From Myxococcota bacterium (GTDB lineage Bacteria; Myxococcota_A; UBA9160; JAFDDA01), in the NCBI GenBank assembly GCA_965228475.1, contig OZ245817.1, positions 800,001 to 864,000 of the forward strand: 64,000 bases of DNA, in the 5' to 3' direction. Each line of letters starts with the position of its first letter. The stretch's first letter is position 1. The position numbers were made by a program, and so were the translations under genes. The notes beneath the pieces are model-generated. The model searched no databases. It saw only the letters and a program-made list of their open reading frames with translations, and was not told where the DNA came from. Below are positions 46,382 to 55,432 of the stretch, piece after piece.

Positions 46382-47875
46382 TCAGTCGAGGGCGATCCAT
46401 CCGGTCTCCCCGTCGGTCCGGACGGTGCCGGTGCGCCCGACGCCCTCCTCGGCCTCGAGCGCCGCGAGCACGTCCTCCCCGCCCTCGACGAAGGCCAGGA
46501 AGCGGCGCTCGTCCTCGAGGCGGCCGACGGCGATGCCGCGCTCCGGGGCGCCCTCGCGGTCGTGGGCGACGGTGTAGGCCTCGATCCGTCCCCGGCCCTC
46601 GGGCACGGCGGCGACCTCCACCGGCCCGACGGCTTCGGCCGGCGCCGCCGGCTGACTCGGGAGTTCCATTCTCGGGAGCGTGCTGTAGAGCCCCGCGCTG
46701 TGCTTGGTGAAGAACCAGCCGACGCCGGTGGTCATGCCGATCGCCCCCGGGTCCGCGCGCAGGCGCTTCACCATCGCGGCTACCGAGTGGGTCACGTAGT
46801 TGTTGCCGGGGCCGCCCGCGTAGGCGAGGCCGCCGGTCACGGTGAGGGGGCGGGGGTCGTCGGACTCGATCCCGAGGGCGCGGCAGGCGAGCTGCACTGC
46901 CGACGGGAAGCAGCTGTAGAGGTCGAAGGCGTGGACGTCCTCGACGGCGAGGCGGGCTTCGGCGAAAGCATCGCCAAAGACGCGGGCCATGCCGTTCGAG
47001 GCATCGAGCTCCGGGCGCTCGGCGAGGTGCCAGGGCGTCTCGTTCGCATCCCCGCCGCCGAGCCAGTGCACGAGCCGGTCCGCGGGAACCCCGAGCGCGC
47101 GGGCTCGCTCCGCGGAGGTCAGGAGCAGCGCTGCGGACTGATCGACCACGAGCATCGCGTTCATGTACTTGGTGTACGGGAAGGCGACCATGCGGTTGCT
47201 CGTGCCCGGCACGGTGATCTCTTCCGCGCTGCGGCGCGTGCGAAACCAGGCGTGGGGGTTGTCTGCGGCGACGTCGCTGGCCCGCGCCATCAGGCGGCCG
47301 AGGGCCCGGCGGTGGGTCTCGACGTCGCGCCCGAGCGCCGCGCGCAGGGCGTTCTCGTAGAGCGGGTAGACGTAGATCGGCAGCATGAGCTGGTGCCGGA
47401 CTTCGGCTTCGCTGGCGGGCGGGGGCTCGGCGGCGATCTCGCTCGGTTCGCCGCCGCCCGACCAGTCGTAGACGATGCCGGCCTTGCGGGCGCGGCGCCG
47501 GGATTCGAGCGCCTCCGCTCCCGCGACGAGCACGAAGTCCGCCTCGCCCGCCTCGATCGCACGGGCCGCCGCGTTGATCTGCTTCTGGGGGCCGTTGCCG
47601 CCCACCGCCGTGTAGCGGGGCGTGGCCGCCGAGGCGCCGAGCCCCTCGGCCAGGAGCCGGGCGGCGTTCGCGTAGCGCGCGCCGAAGACCGAGGGGACGA
47701 TCACCTGGTCGAGTTCGCCCAGGGCTTCGCGCCGGAGGCCCGCGTCCTGCGCTGCGAGGCCGGCCGCTTCGAGCATCAGCGCGACCGGGTCCTTCGTGTT
47801 CGCCGGGTCCGGGTCGCGCTCGGTGACCTGACCGACGCCGACCACGACGGGGCAGCGCGCGGGGTCCTGGCTCAT
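46382..47875 (-). CDS. acetyl-CoA acetyltransferase-like (thiolase-like) protein
   Basis: PVVVGVGQ, GGNGPQ, FDLYSCFPSAV, TVTGGLAYAGGPGNNY, TKHS. Confidence 0.85.
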   Translation of the reverse strand: MSQDPARCPVVVGVGQVTERDPDPANTKDPVALMLEAAGLAAQDAGLRREALGELDQVIVPSVFGARYANAARLLAEGLGASAATPRYTAVGGNGPQKQINAAARAIEAGEADFVLVAGAEALESRRRARKAGIVYDWSGGGEPSEIAAEPPPASEAEVRHQLMLPIYVYPLYENALRAALGRDVETHRRALGRLMARASDVAADNPHAWFRTRRSAEEITVPGTSNRMVAFPYTKYMNAMLVVDQSAALLLTSAERARALGVPADRLVHWLGGGDANETPWHLAERPELDASNGMARVFGDAFAEARLAVEDVHAFDLYSCFPSAVQLACRALGIESDDPRPLTVTGGLAYAGGPGNNYVTHSVAAMVKRLRADPGAIGMTTGVGWFFTKHSAGLYSTLPRMELPSQPAAPAEAVGPVEVAAVPEGRGRIEAYTVAHDREGAPERGIAVGRLEDERRFLAFVEGGEDVLAALEAEEGVGRTGTVRTDGETGWIALD

Positions 47876-47885
47876 GAGGGCGCTC

Positions 47886-48572
47886 CTATCGCCACGCGAA
47901 GACCGGCTGCTCGTAGTGGTCGACCCGGGTCGAGCGGCCGTGGAGCGCGACTTCGCGGAGCTGGAAGAGGAGCGCCGCGGTCGGGGCGTGGATGTCGGTC
48001 TCGAGCATGGCGATCGAGATCACGGGCCGGTCGCTCTCCGGGATGGCGCGCAGGCGCGGGACGCCGGGCGCTTCGAGGACGTCGAGCGGTACGCGGTAGG
48101 CGGCCGCCACCTCGGCCGGGTCCGGGACGAGGGCGGCCTCGGCCAGGCGCCCGACGAAGAGCACCACGGGCGTGATGACGAAGCCCGAGCGCGTGGCGTA
48201 GTCGTCGAGCAGGCCGAGGACGGACTCGGGCCCGCACTCGACGCCGAGCTCCTCGGAGAGTTCGCGGCGTGCGGCCTCTTCGGGGGTCTCGCCGGGGTCG
48301 AGCCGGCCGCCGGGGAGCGCCCACTGGCCGCCGTGGTTGCGCAGGGTGCTCGCGCGGCGCGTGATGAGGAAGCCCGCCTGGTCCGCCGCCTCACCTTCGG
48401 CAACGTCGACGAGGGTCAGCGCGACGGCGGCCGCCCGCTGGCCTTCGGCCGGTGCGGTCCGCCGCTCGAAGGCGGAGAGGTTCTGGGCGACGTGCTCGCG
48501 CAGGCCTTCGCCGATGCGCCACCGGCCGGGGCCCGGCGCGCCTCCGATCGAATCCGAGGGGTCTCCGCTCAC
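47886..48572 (-). CDS. Nudix CoA pyrophosphatase (NudL-like)
   Basis: [34 protein letters not shown]udix box; GTG 48572. Confidence 0.9.
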   Translation of the reverse strand: MSGDPSDSIGGAPGPGRWRIGEGLREHVAQNLSAFERRTAPAEGQRAAAVALTLVDVAEGEAADQAGFLITRRASTLRNHGGQWALPGGRLDPGETPEEAARRELSEELGVECGPESVLGLLDDYATRSGFVITPVVLFVGRLAEAALVPDPAEVAAAYRVPLDVLEAPGVPRLRAIPESDRPVISIAMLETDIHAPTAALLFQLREVALHGRSTRVDHYEQPVFAWR

Positions 48573-49408
48573 GCGCCCGGCATCCCGCCGTTCACGCCGA
48601 TCACCTGCCCCGTGATGTAGGAGGCGGCCTCGGAGCACAGGAACCCGACCACGGCGGCGACCTCGTCCGGCCGCCCGGCGCGGGCCAGCGGGATGGTCGC
48701 GACGATCTCCTCGGCCGGGAGCTCCGCCGTCATGTCCGTCGCGATGAAGCCCGGGGCGACGGCGTTGCACAGGATGTTCCGGCGCGCGTACTCGCGGGCG
48801 AGGCTGCGCGTGAACCCGACGAGCCCGGCCTTGGCCGCCGCGTAGTTCGCCTGGCCCGCGTTGCCCGCGAGCCCGGCGATCGAGGTCACGTTCACGATGC
48901 GCCCGCCGCGGGCCTTCATCATGCCCTTGAGCGCCGCGCGCGTGACGTGGAAGGCGCCAGTGAGGTTGGTCTCGACGACGGCGTTCCAGTCTTCGTCGCT
49001 CATGCGCGCCACGAGGCCGTCGCGCGTCATCCCCGCGTTGTTGACGAGGACGTCGAGCGGACCCTCTTCGGCGAGCGCCGGGCCCAGTTCGCTCGCGATC
49101 TGCTCGGCCGAGCCGAGGTCGAAGGCGATCTGGCGCGCCTGCCCCCCGGCCTCCTCGATTTCCTTGCACACCGCGCCGGCGGCATCGCGGTTGCGGTGGC
49201 AGTGGACCCAGACGCGGAAGCCGTCGCGGCCGAGCTGGCGGGCGATGGCCGCGCCGATCCCGCGGCTCGCCCCCGTGACGAGGGCCTGGCGCGCGGCACC
49301 CTCTTTCGTTCCGCGCGCGGTACCTTGGCGATCCTTCGGGCTCAGGGCGTTCTCCGGCTGCGGGGCGTGGGCTGCGTTAGGATGCGGGATCGCCCGCCCA
49401 CGGTCCAC
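48569..49408 (-). CDS. fabG: 3-oxoacyl-ACP reductase (SDR)
   Basis: [33 protein letters not shown]; start uncertain. Confidence 0.88.
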   Translation of the reverse strand: MDRGRAIPHPNAAHAPQPENALSPKDRQGTARGTKEGAARQALVTGASRGIGAAIARQLGRDGFRVWVHCHRNRDAAGAVCKEIEEAGGQARQIAFDLGSAEQIASELGPALAEEGPLDVLVNNAGMTRDGLVARMSDEDWNAVVETNLTGAFHVTRAALKGMMKARGGRIVNVTSIAGLAGNAGQANYAAAKAGLVGFTRSLAREYARRNILCNAVAPGFIATDMTAELPAEEIVATIPLARAGRPDEVAAVVGFLCSEAASYITGQVIGVNGGMPGA

Positions 49409-49449
49409 ACGGACCCCTGTTGGACCCCTGTCCGAGACGAATCCAACCC

Positions 49450-50334
49450 GTGAACCATCTCCCCGACGTAGAGCGGCGCAGGCTCTCCTTGCCCGAGCGT
49501 GGCGTCGAGATCGCCCTGCTCGATTTTGGCGGCGAAGGCCCCCCGCTGCTCGCCCACCACGCCAACGGCTTCTGTGCCGCGATGTGGGCTCCGGTGCTCG
49601 AGGCGCTTCGCTCGCGCTTCCGCATCTTCGCGATGGACGCCCGCGGCCACGGGGATTCCTCCTCGCCCGAGGGCGCCGCGCCCTTCGCCTGGAGCGAGTT
49701 CGTGGGCGACGTGGGCGCGGTGGCCGACCGCATCGCCGACGAGCAGGGAGAGCCCGTCGCGCTGGGCCTCGGCCATTCCTTCGGCGGGACCTCCACCCTC
49801 GGCGCGGCGGCCGCCCGGCCGGGCCGCTTCGGCCGCGTGCTGTGCGTCGACCCGGTGATCTTCCCGCCGACGGGCGTCGACGCCGAGCGCGCGGCGCGCG
49901 GCAGCCGTCTCGTCGAAGGGACCCTGCGCCGCCGGCGCGAGTGGCCGAGCCGGGAGGAGGCGCTCACCCATCTGCGCAGCCGCGACCTGTTCGCCGAGTT
50001 CACCGGCCGCGCCCTCGAGCTCTACGTCGACGAGGGGATGCGCCCCACGGGCGACGGCGGCGTCTCGCTCAAGTGTGCGCCGGAGGTGGAGGCCGCCGTG
50101 TTCTCCGGGCCGGGGAGCTTCGACGTCTTCTCCGCCGTCGAGGATCTGGCGACCCCGTCGCGTCTGCTCTGGGCCCGCGGCGGGAACTTCCCACGCGCCC
50201 TCTACGAAGCGCTCGTCGAGAAGATGAAGGCCGGGGACGTCGAGGACATCGAGGGTGGGCATCTCGTGCCGATGGAAGACCCGGCGCGCGTCGTCGCGGC
50301 GATCGAACGCTTCGTCGACGAACCGTTCGCTTAA
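49450..50334 (+). CDS. alpha/beta hydrolase
   Basis: HANGF, DARGHG, GHSFGG, GGHLVPME. Confidence 0.9.
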   Translation: MNHLPDVERRRLSLPERGVEIALLDFGGEGPPLLAHHANGFCAAMWAPVLEALRSRFRIFAMDARGHGDSSSPEGAAPFAWSEFVGDVGAVADRIADEQGEPVALGLGHSFGGTSTLGAAAARPGRFGRVLCVDPVIFPPTGVDAERAARGSRLVEGTLRRRREWPSREEALTHLRSRDLFAEFTGRALELYVDEGMRPTGDGGVSLKCAPEVEAAVFSGPGSFDVFSAVEDLATPSRLLWARGGNFPRALYEALVEKMKAGDVEDIEGGHLVPMEDPARVVAAIERFVDEPFA

Positions 50335-50340
50335 GCGCCC

Positions 50341-50730
50341 CTACTTCTCGACGGGAAGTCCGCGCTTCGTCCAGCCCGCGTAGCCCTCGGCCATCGAGCG
50401 CACCGTCGTGAATCCCATGTCGAGCAGCGTCGCGGCGGCGAGCGCCGAGCGGTGTCCGCCGCCGCAGTAGAGCACGAGCTTTCGCGAACGGTCGGCCCAC
50501 CACGGGTCGCGCTTCGGATGCTCGAGGTCCGCCCGGACCTCGAGGAAGCCGCGCGGCGAGCTGCGCGCCGCGGGAAGGCGGCCGGCCGCGAACTCGTCGG
50601 GTTCACGCACGTCGACGATCTCCCAGCCGTCCCGCCCGGGTCGGCCGAGCAGTCCGTGGACGTCCTCGGGCGAGATCTCCTCGACCCGCTCGAGGGCCTC
50701 GGTGACGAAATCGTGAAGGCTCCGGGCCAT
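50341..50730 (-). CDS. rhodanese-like domain protein
   Basis: VDVREPDEF, PRGFLE, YCGGGHRS, SMAEGYAGW; ATG 50730. Confidence 0.9.
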   Translation of the reverse strand: MARSLHDFVTEALERVEEISPEDVHGLLGRPGRDGWEIVDVREPDEFAAGRLPAARSSPRGFLEVRADLEHPKRDPWWADRSRKLVLYCGGGHRSALAAATLLDMGFTTVRSMAEGYAGWTKRGLPVEK

Positions 50731-50763
50731 GCGCTTTCTCCTTCTCGTCGCCTGCCCATAAAT

Positions 50764-50836
50764 CATAACGAAATCGAGCACTTGAAGCCCCGGCGCGCCG
50801 TTTTCTCCGGCCCCGAAAAAAGGCGCACCTCGCGCT
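50764..50836 (+). promoter_or_regulatory. putative IHF-like site plus weak sigma54-type (-24/-12) promoter of PEP-CTERM gene 1
   Basis: AATCGAGCACTTG 50772-50784; AGGCGCACCTCGCGCT 50821-50836 has GG-N10-GC spacing but lacks TTGC. Confidence 0.4.
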
Positions 50837-50913
50837 GACACAAGCCCCTCCGAGCCACCACTGAAATCCAGACAAGCAGTTGCGCACGGAGGCGGAGAGG
50901 CCTCCGGAGGAGA

Positions 50914-51552
50914 ATGAAGATGCGAAGTTGGATGGCCGGGATCTTGACCACGGCCTTGTTGTTGACGGCGGCGGCGCCCGCGTCCGCCCTTCCCTCGACC
51001 GACGATCTGGTCAACTGGACCGAGACGTGGATCAACGGGAACTACGAGCTGGAAGAGTTCACCTTCGACGAGGACTCGGAGTACTCCCTCGGCGCCTTCG
51101 ACACGCCGGTGATCAACTTCGACTCCGTGCTCGCGGGCACCCAGGTGCTCGGGACGATCATCACGGTGACCCTCCCGAACTTCTTCGATCCGCTTCCGGA
51201 GAAGAACATCTACATCGCCTTCGAGGGCGGGAACGGCGGCGCGCAGGGCAACGACTTCCCCTTCGTGACGAGCATCATCGGGAGCGACAGCGAGTACCCC
51301 GGTGGCGGCGGCAGCGTGCCGGTGTTCGGCAGCCTGGTCGACGGCAGCGTCATGTGCACGAGCATGCTCTGCGAGCAGGAATGGCTGATCGAGCCGAACC
51401 CGGACTTCGAGACCATCACGGCCTTCATCCCGACGAGCTTCGAGTTCACCTCGATGCACATCGTCACCCAGTCGGTTCCGGAGCCGGGAGTCACGGCGCT
51501 CTTCGGCATCGGCGTGCTGGGCCTCGCGATGGCGGGCCGCCGACGCGCCTAG
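50914..51552 (+). CDS. PEP-CTERM sorting domain protein (highly acidic)
   Basis: GGAGGAG RBS; signal peptide ending ASA; C-terminal VPEPGVTALFGIGVLGLAMAGRRRA (PEP, TM, basic tail). Confidence 0.92.
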   Translation: MKMRSWMAGILTTALLLTAAAPASALPSTDDLVNWTETWINGNYELEEFTFDEDSEYSLGAFDTPVINFDSVLAGTQVLGTIITVTLPNFFDPLPEKNIYIAFEGGNGGAQGNDFPFVTSIIGSDSEYPGGGGSVPVFGSLVDGSVMCTSMLCEQEWLIEPNPDFETITAFIPTSFEFTSMHIVTQSVPEPGVTALFGIGVLGLAMAGRRRA

Positions 51553-51675
51553 CGCCGGCACCCCGCGCGGCGACGCGCGCGATTCTCGCAACGGGCTCCT
51601 CACCTCGCGGTGAGGGGCCCGTTCGCGTTTCCGGAGGCGCTCGCTTTTCGCGACCCGCCGAGCGAAGCTCGGGAC

Positions 51676-52422
51676 ATGGACGATCCGGACGGAGGCGAGG
51701 CGGCCGAGGCCAGCGAGAGGACCGCGGCCAGCGAGGTCTCGGTCTTCCGGCGGGAAGCCCTGGCCGTGGTGATTCCCGTCGGCTGGTTCTGCCTGGTCTG
51801 GAGCTTCTACTACGACGCGCTCCGGCTCCCGCCGCGGATTCCCTTCGGCACCGTCGGCCTGGTCCTCGGGGGCGACGTCCTGCCGATGCTCGTCGTGCCG
51901 CTCGCCGTCGTCGTGCTCGGGCTGCGCTGGCCCGTCGCCCGGGTCGGGTTCCGCTGGCCGGGCTTCGGCGCGGCGTTCGGGTACGGCGCCCTGGCCTGGC
52001 TCGCGGTCCTGCCCTTCGTCGTGATCTTCGCCCAGCGCCCGGAGTTCCAGGCGGCGTATCCGTCGGCGGCGTTCCCGCCCGCGCGCGTGCACCCCATCGG
52101 CTTCGCGGCGCTGGCAATCCTCCATCACCTGCCGCAGCTGCTCGCGCTCGAGTTCTGCGTGCGCGGCTTCCTGCTCCAGCCGATCGCGCGCGCCGCCGGC
52201 CTCGGGCCGGCGCTGCTGATCACGGGTGCGCCCTACGTCTGGCTGCACGCGGCGAAGCCACCCCTCGAGCTCTGGCAGGCGGCCTGGGCCGCGGTCGTCT
52301 TCGGTTGGGTGGCGTGGAAGACGCGGTCGTTCTGGCCGGCGTTCCTTGCCCACTGGGCCATCGCCGTGACGATGGACGCCCTCTCGCTCGTGTTCTCGGG
52401 AGGGTTCTCGCCGCCGCGCTAG
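51676..52422 (+). CDS. CPBP family (Abi/Rce1-like) intramembrane glutamic protease
   Basis: Multiple TM segments; EFCVRGFL, PYVWLHAAKPPLE, TRSFWPAFLAHW. Confidence 0.8.
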   Translation: MDDPDGGEAAEASERTAASEVSVFRREALAVVIPVGWFCLVWSFYYDALRLPPRIPFGTVGLVLGGDVLPMLVVPLAVVVLGLRWPVARVGFRWPGFGAAFGYGALAWLAVLPFVVIFAQRPEFQAAYPSAAFPPARVHPIGFAALAILHHLPQLLALEFCVRGFLLQPIARAAGLGPALLITGAPYVWLHAAKPPLELWQAAWAAVVFGWVAWKTRSFWPAFLAHWAIAVTMDALSLVFSGGFSPPR

Positions 52423-52438
52423 CGGCTCGGGTCTCGCG

Positions 52439-53221
52439 CTAGAGCCCGAGCGTCTCCTGCGCCCAGAGGCGGATGCGGAAGAGCGGCCAGGTGGCGTGGT
52501 GGATGCCGCGCACGAGCGGCCGCGGCAGCTTCTTCAGCGCCGGGAACTTCGTGGCGAAGAACTTCATGGCGATGGCCGCCAGGGCCTTGGCGGCGATCAG
52601 GTAGCGCTGGCTCACGTACTCGTCGCGGATCACGTCGACGACGAGCACCACGCGGCGCCGGTCCGTCTTGTTCCAGGCCTTGTGACGGTGCGCGATGGTG
52701 ATCGCGAAGACCTCGCCTTCGTGCCAGGTGCGCGTTTCGCGGGCCACGCGCAGGCCGAGCTCGGGCAGGCCGCCGGGCACGATCAGCCCGAGGTGGTTGC
52801 GGATCACGGCGTTGGTGTCGCCGAAGTGGGCCTTCAGCACGACGCCCGGCTGCAGCACCGCGATCTGCGCGAGGCACATGTTGGGGATGCTCTCGACGAT
52901 TTCCGTCGTGCGCGGGAAGCGCTTGCAGTTCTTGCGCGAGCGCAGGAAGTAGGAGAAGAGGTTCACCGTCTTCCAGCCCGGCTCGCGCCAGGCGTAGGGC
53001 GTGAAGTTCTCCTGGAACTGGTCGGGCTCGGCCTGCCAGACCGCTTCGACCTCTTCGCGGATCGTCTTCCAGTTTTCGCGGAGGATCTTCGTGCTCGGGA
53101 GCTCGTCGACGTCGGGGAACCAGGGAAGCGAGCCCTTGTACCAACTCCCGTCGACGTAGAACCAGAGCGGCTCGGTCGCTTCCGGCGGGGTCACACCCTG
53201 ATGAGTTGCTGCGCTCGACAC
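52439..53221 (-). CDS. aspartyl/asparaginyl beta-hydroxylase domain protein (Fe/2OG dioxygenase)
   Basis: LRENWKTIREE, FPRT, LQPGVVLKAHFGDTN, RNHLGLIVP, RTWHEGE, HKAWN, RVVLVVD. Confidence 0.85.
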   Translation of the reverse strand: MSSAATHQGVTPPEATEPLWFYVDGSWYKGSLPWFPDVDELPSTKILRENWKTIREEVEAVWQAEPDQFQENFTPYAWREPGWKTVNLFSYFLRSRKNCKRFPRTTEIVESIPNMCLAQIAVLQPGVVLKAHFGDTNAVIRNHLGLIVPGGLPELGLRVARETRTWHEGEVFAITIAHRHKAWNKTDRRRVVLVVDVIRDEYVSQRYLIAAKALAAIAMKFFATKFPALKKLPRPLVRGIHHATWPLFRIRLWAQETLGL

Positions 53222-53413
53222 CTGCGGCTGCCTCGGAGAAGGAAGTCACCATGCTACCGCCGGGCCGCGGCAGCGGACACCCCGTTCCGGCGCCGAACGG
53301 GTTCGATGCGCAACGCGGCGGCGTCTCGGACGGGTATGGTACCGGCGGTGATGGCATTCCCTTTCGGCACCGCGCCGTGTGGCGCGATCCCACGCACTGG
53401 CGCTTTCTGACCC

Positions 53414-55402
53414 ATGTCGCCGTGGGCTTCGAGCGCCTTCGCCCTGGGGACGGGGCTTCTCGCGCTGGCCGTCGCCGCGTGGGGCCCGGGCTGGCTGCTC
53501 GCCCGCCGCCTCGGGCTCGGGCGCGCTGGGCTCGAGCGGTTCGCGATCGCGTGGAGTCTCGGACGCCTGTTCTTTTCCCTCGCCGCGTGGATCTCGATCT
53601 CCACCGTCGGGCCCGTGGGCGTGTGGGGCTACGCCGGGGCCTGCGCGGCCGCGCTCGTCGTGGCGTGGCGGAACGAAGGCCCGTCCGGCGAGGCCGCGTC
53701 CCAGGGCCAGGCTCGCTGGCCCCTCCTGCTCGCGGCCGCCGCGGGGCTCCTGCTGGTCTTCGCCGTCGTCGGCTCGAGCGGGGTTCCCGACGGCCGCGGC
53801 GGCCTCGTGTTCCAGGGGCGCGACGCCGTGAACGACCCGCTCGTCTACACGGCCATCGCGACCCGGCTCTACGAGACCGGCTGGCCGCTCCACTACCCGC
53901 TCGGCGCCGGCGCCACGACGACCTCGACCTACCTCCCCTACGGCGTGTTCGTCGGCCTGCACGCCCTCGGCGTGCCCATGCTCGACGCCGTGCTGCGCGT
54001 CGTTCCCGCCGCCGAGGCGACGGCCCTCGGGCTGGCCGCGGTCGCCCTGGCGCTCCGGCTCGCGGCCGGCTCCCTTGCGGCGGGCCTCGCCGGCCTGCTC
54101 GTGGCGCTCGGTGCGGGGCTCTCGGGCTGGGCGGTGTTCGCGGCGCGGCTCCTCGGTGCGGGCGCCGTACCGATCGCGAGCTGGGCCTTCTTCGGGCCCT
54201 ACCTGCTCGCCTTCAACCCGCTGGCACCCGCCCTGCAGACGAGCTTCGCGGTCCTGCTCCTGCTGGCGGCGCTTCCCGCGGCCGCGGGCGCGCGGGCCGT
54301 GCCTGTGGTGGCCGGTGTGCTCGTGGCCTCCCTCTTCGAGACGAAGCTCTTCGTCTTCGCGCCGGTGTTCGTGGCGCTGGCCGCGGTGGCCTTCGTCTTC
54401 CCGCCGGCCGGCATGGCCCGCGCGCTGCGCACGGCCTTCGGCGTGGCCGCCGTCGTCGTCCTGCCGTTCCTCGCGGAGAAGCTCTTCTGGGCCGCGCAGC
54501 TCCGCGGCCGCGAGACCACCGCCTTCCTTCCCTGCCCGGGCTGTCTTCCCCGCTACCTGATCGACGGTTCCTTCTTCTCGGGGGATCTCGGTTTCGCGCG
54601 CTTCGAGACGTTCGCGTGGAGCGCCTGGCTCGCCCCCGGCGAGATCGCGGCGGCGGCCGCCGCGTCCATCGCGATGCTGGTCCTCGGCCTCGGGCTCCGC
54701 CTCGCCGCGGCCCCGGTGTTGGCGCGGGGAGCGCGCAGCGGGGAGCCCTCGGCCGCGGCGCTCCACCGCGTGGCAGGTCTGGCGATCGTGGCGGCGCTCG
54801 GCGCATCGCTCCTCGTGACGACGCGCCCGCACTACCTGAACGGTGCGCAGTTCGCGACGACGGCGGGCGTCCTGGCCTGGCCCTTCGCCGCCGTCGCGCT
54901 GGCGGCCTTCGTCGCCCGGAGGCGCTGGCTCGGGGCGCTGTTGCTCGCCGCTGCCCTGGCCCCGGGAGCGGCCCTTCCTCTCGTGGATCTCGGCCTGAGC
55001 GCCCGGCCGCTGCGGGTGGTCTCCGAAGACCGCCTCGCCCTGGCCCGCGCCGTCGGAGAGCGGACCGCGCCGGGCGACGTCCTCGTCGAGCCGTCCCTGC
55101 TCGCCGACGAGGACTTCCCTTCGGCCCTCACCTGGTACGGCGGCCGTTCCTCCTACCTGACGCTGCTCTCGGCCGCGAAGATCCTGCCCGAGGCGGAGCT
55201 CCTCGCCCGCCACGAGCGCATCGCGACGATCTTCACGAGCCGCGACCGCCGCACGGCGCTGGCCGCGCTCGCGGAGACGGGCGCGGGCTGGGTCGTCGAG
55301 ACCCGCGCCCACCCGCTGCGCTTCGACCCCGGCCCGGCCCTGGCCTTGGAGCTCGAGCTGCCGGGCGGGCGCCTCTACCGGGTCGTCGCGCCGCGCCCCT
55401 AG
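53414..55402 (+). CDS. large polytopic membrane protein, GT-C-like glycosyltransferase candidate
   Basis: More than 12 hydrophobic segments; acidic loop GRDAVNDPLVY; ETK motif; soluble C-terminal domain (RTAPGDV). Confidence 0.55.
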   Translation: MSPWASSAFALGTGLLALAVAAWGPGWLLARRLGLGRAGLERFAIAWSLGRLFFSLAAWISISTVGPVGVWGYAGACAAALVVAWRNEGPSGEAASQGQARWPLLLAAAAGLLLVFAVVGSSGVPDGRGGLVFQGRDAVNDPLVYTAIATRLYETGWPLHYPLGAGATTTSTYLPYGVFVGLHALGVPMLDAVLRVVPAAEATALGLAAVALALRLAAGSLAAGLAGLLVALGAGLSGWAVFAARLLGAGAVPIASWAFFGPYLLAFNPLAPALQTSFAVLLLLAALPAAAGARAVPVVAGVLVASLFETKLFVFAPVFVALAAVAFVFPPAGMARALRTAFGVAAVVVLPFLAEKLFWAAQLRGRETTAFLPCPGCLPRYLIDGSFFSGDLGFARFETFAWSAWLAPGEIAAAAAASIAMLVLGLGLRLAAAPVLARGARSGEPSAAALHRVAGLAIVAALGASLLVTTRPHYLNGAQFATTAGVLAWPFAAVALAAFVARRRWLGALLLAAALAPGAALPLVDLGLSARPLRVVSEDRLALARAVGERTAPGDVLVEPSLLADEDFPSALTWYGGRSSYLTLLSAAKILPEAELLARHERIATIFTSRDRRTALAALAETGAGWVVETRAHPLRFDPGPALALELELPGGRLYRVVAPRP

Positions 55403-55432
55403 CGGGCGTCCGCAACGGCTAGGCTTGGCCGC

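Noticed and set aside
44081..48175. Very long alternative ORFs (1364 aa here; also 29392-32412, 58620-61310, 7774-10323 and others)
   Set aside because: Antisense or out-of-frame shadows and upstream extensions of real genes, caused by stop-codon scarcity at high GC; low-information Arg/Ala/Pro-rich sequence without motifs
50868..50884. Alternative sigma54 site CAGACAAGCAGTTGCG
   Set aside because: It has TTGC but AG instead of the invariant GG at -24
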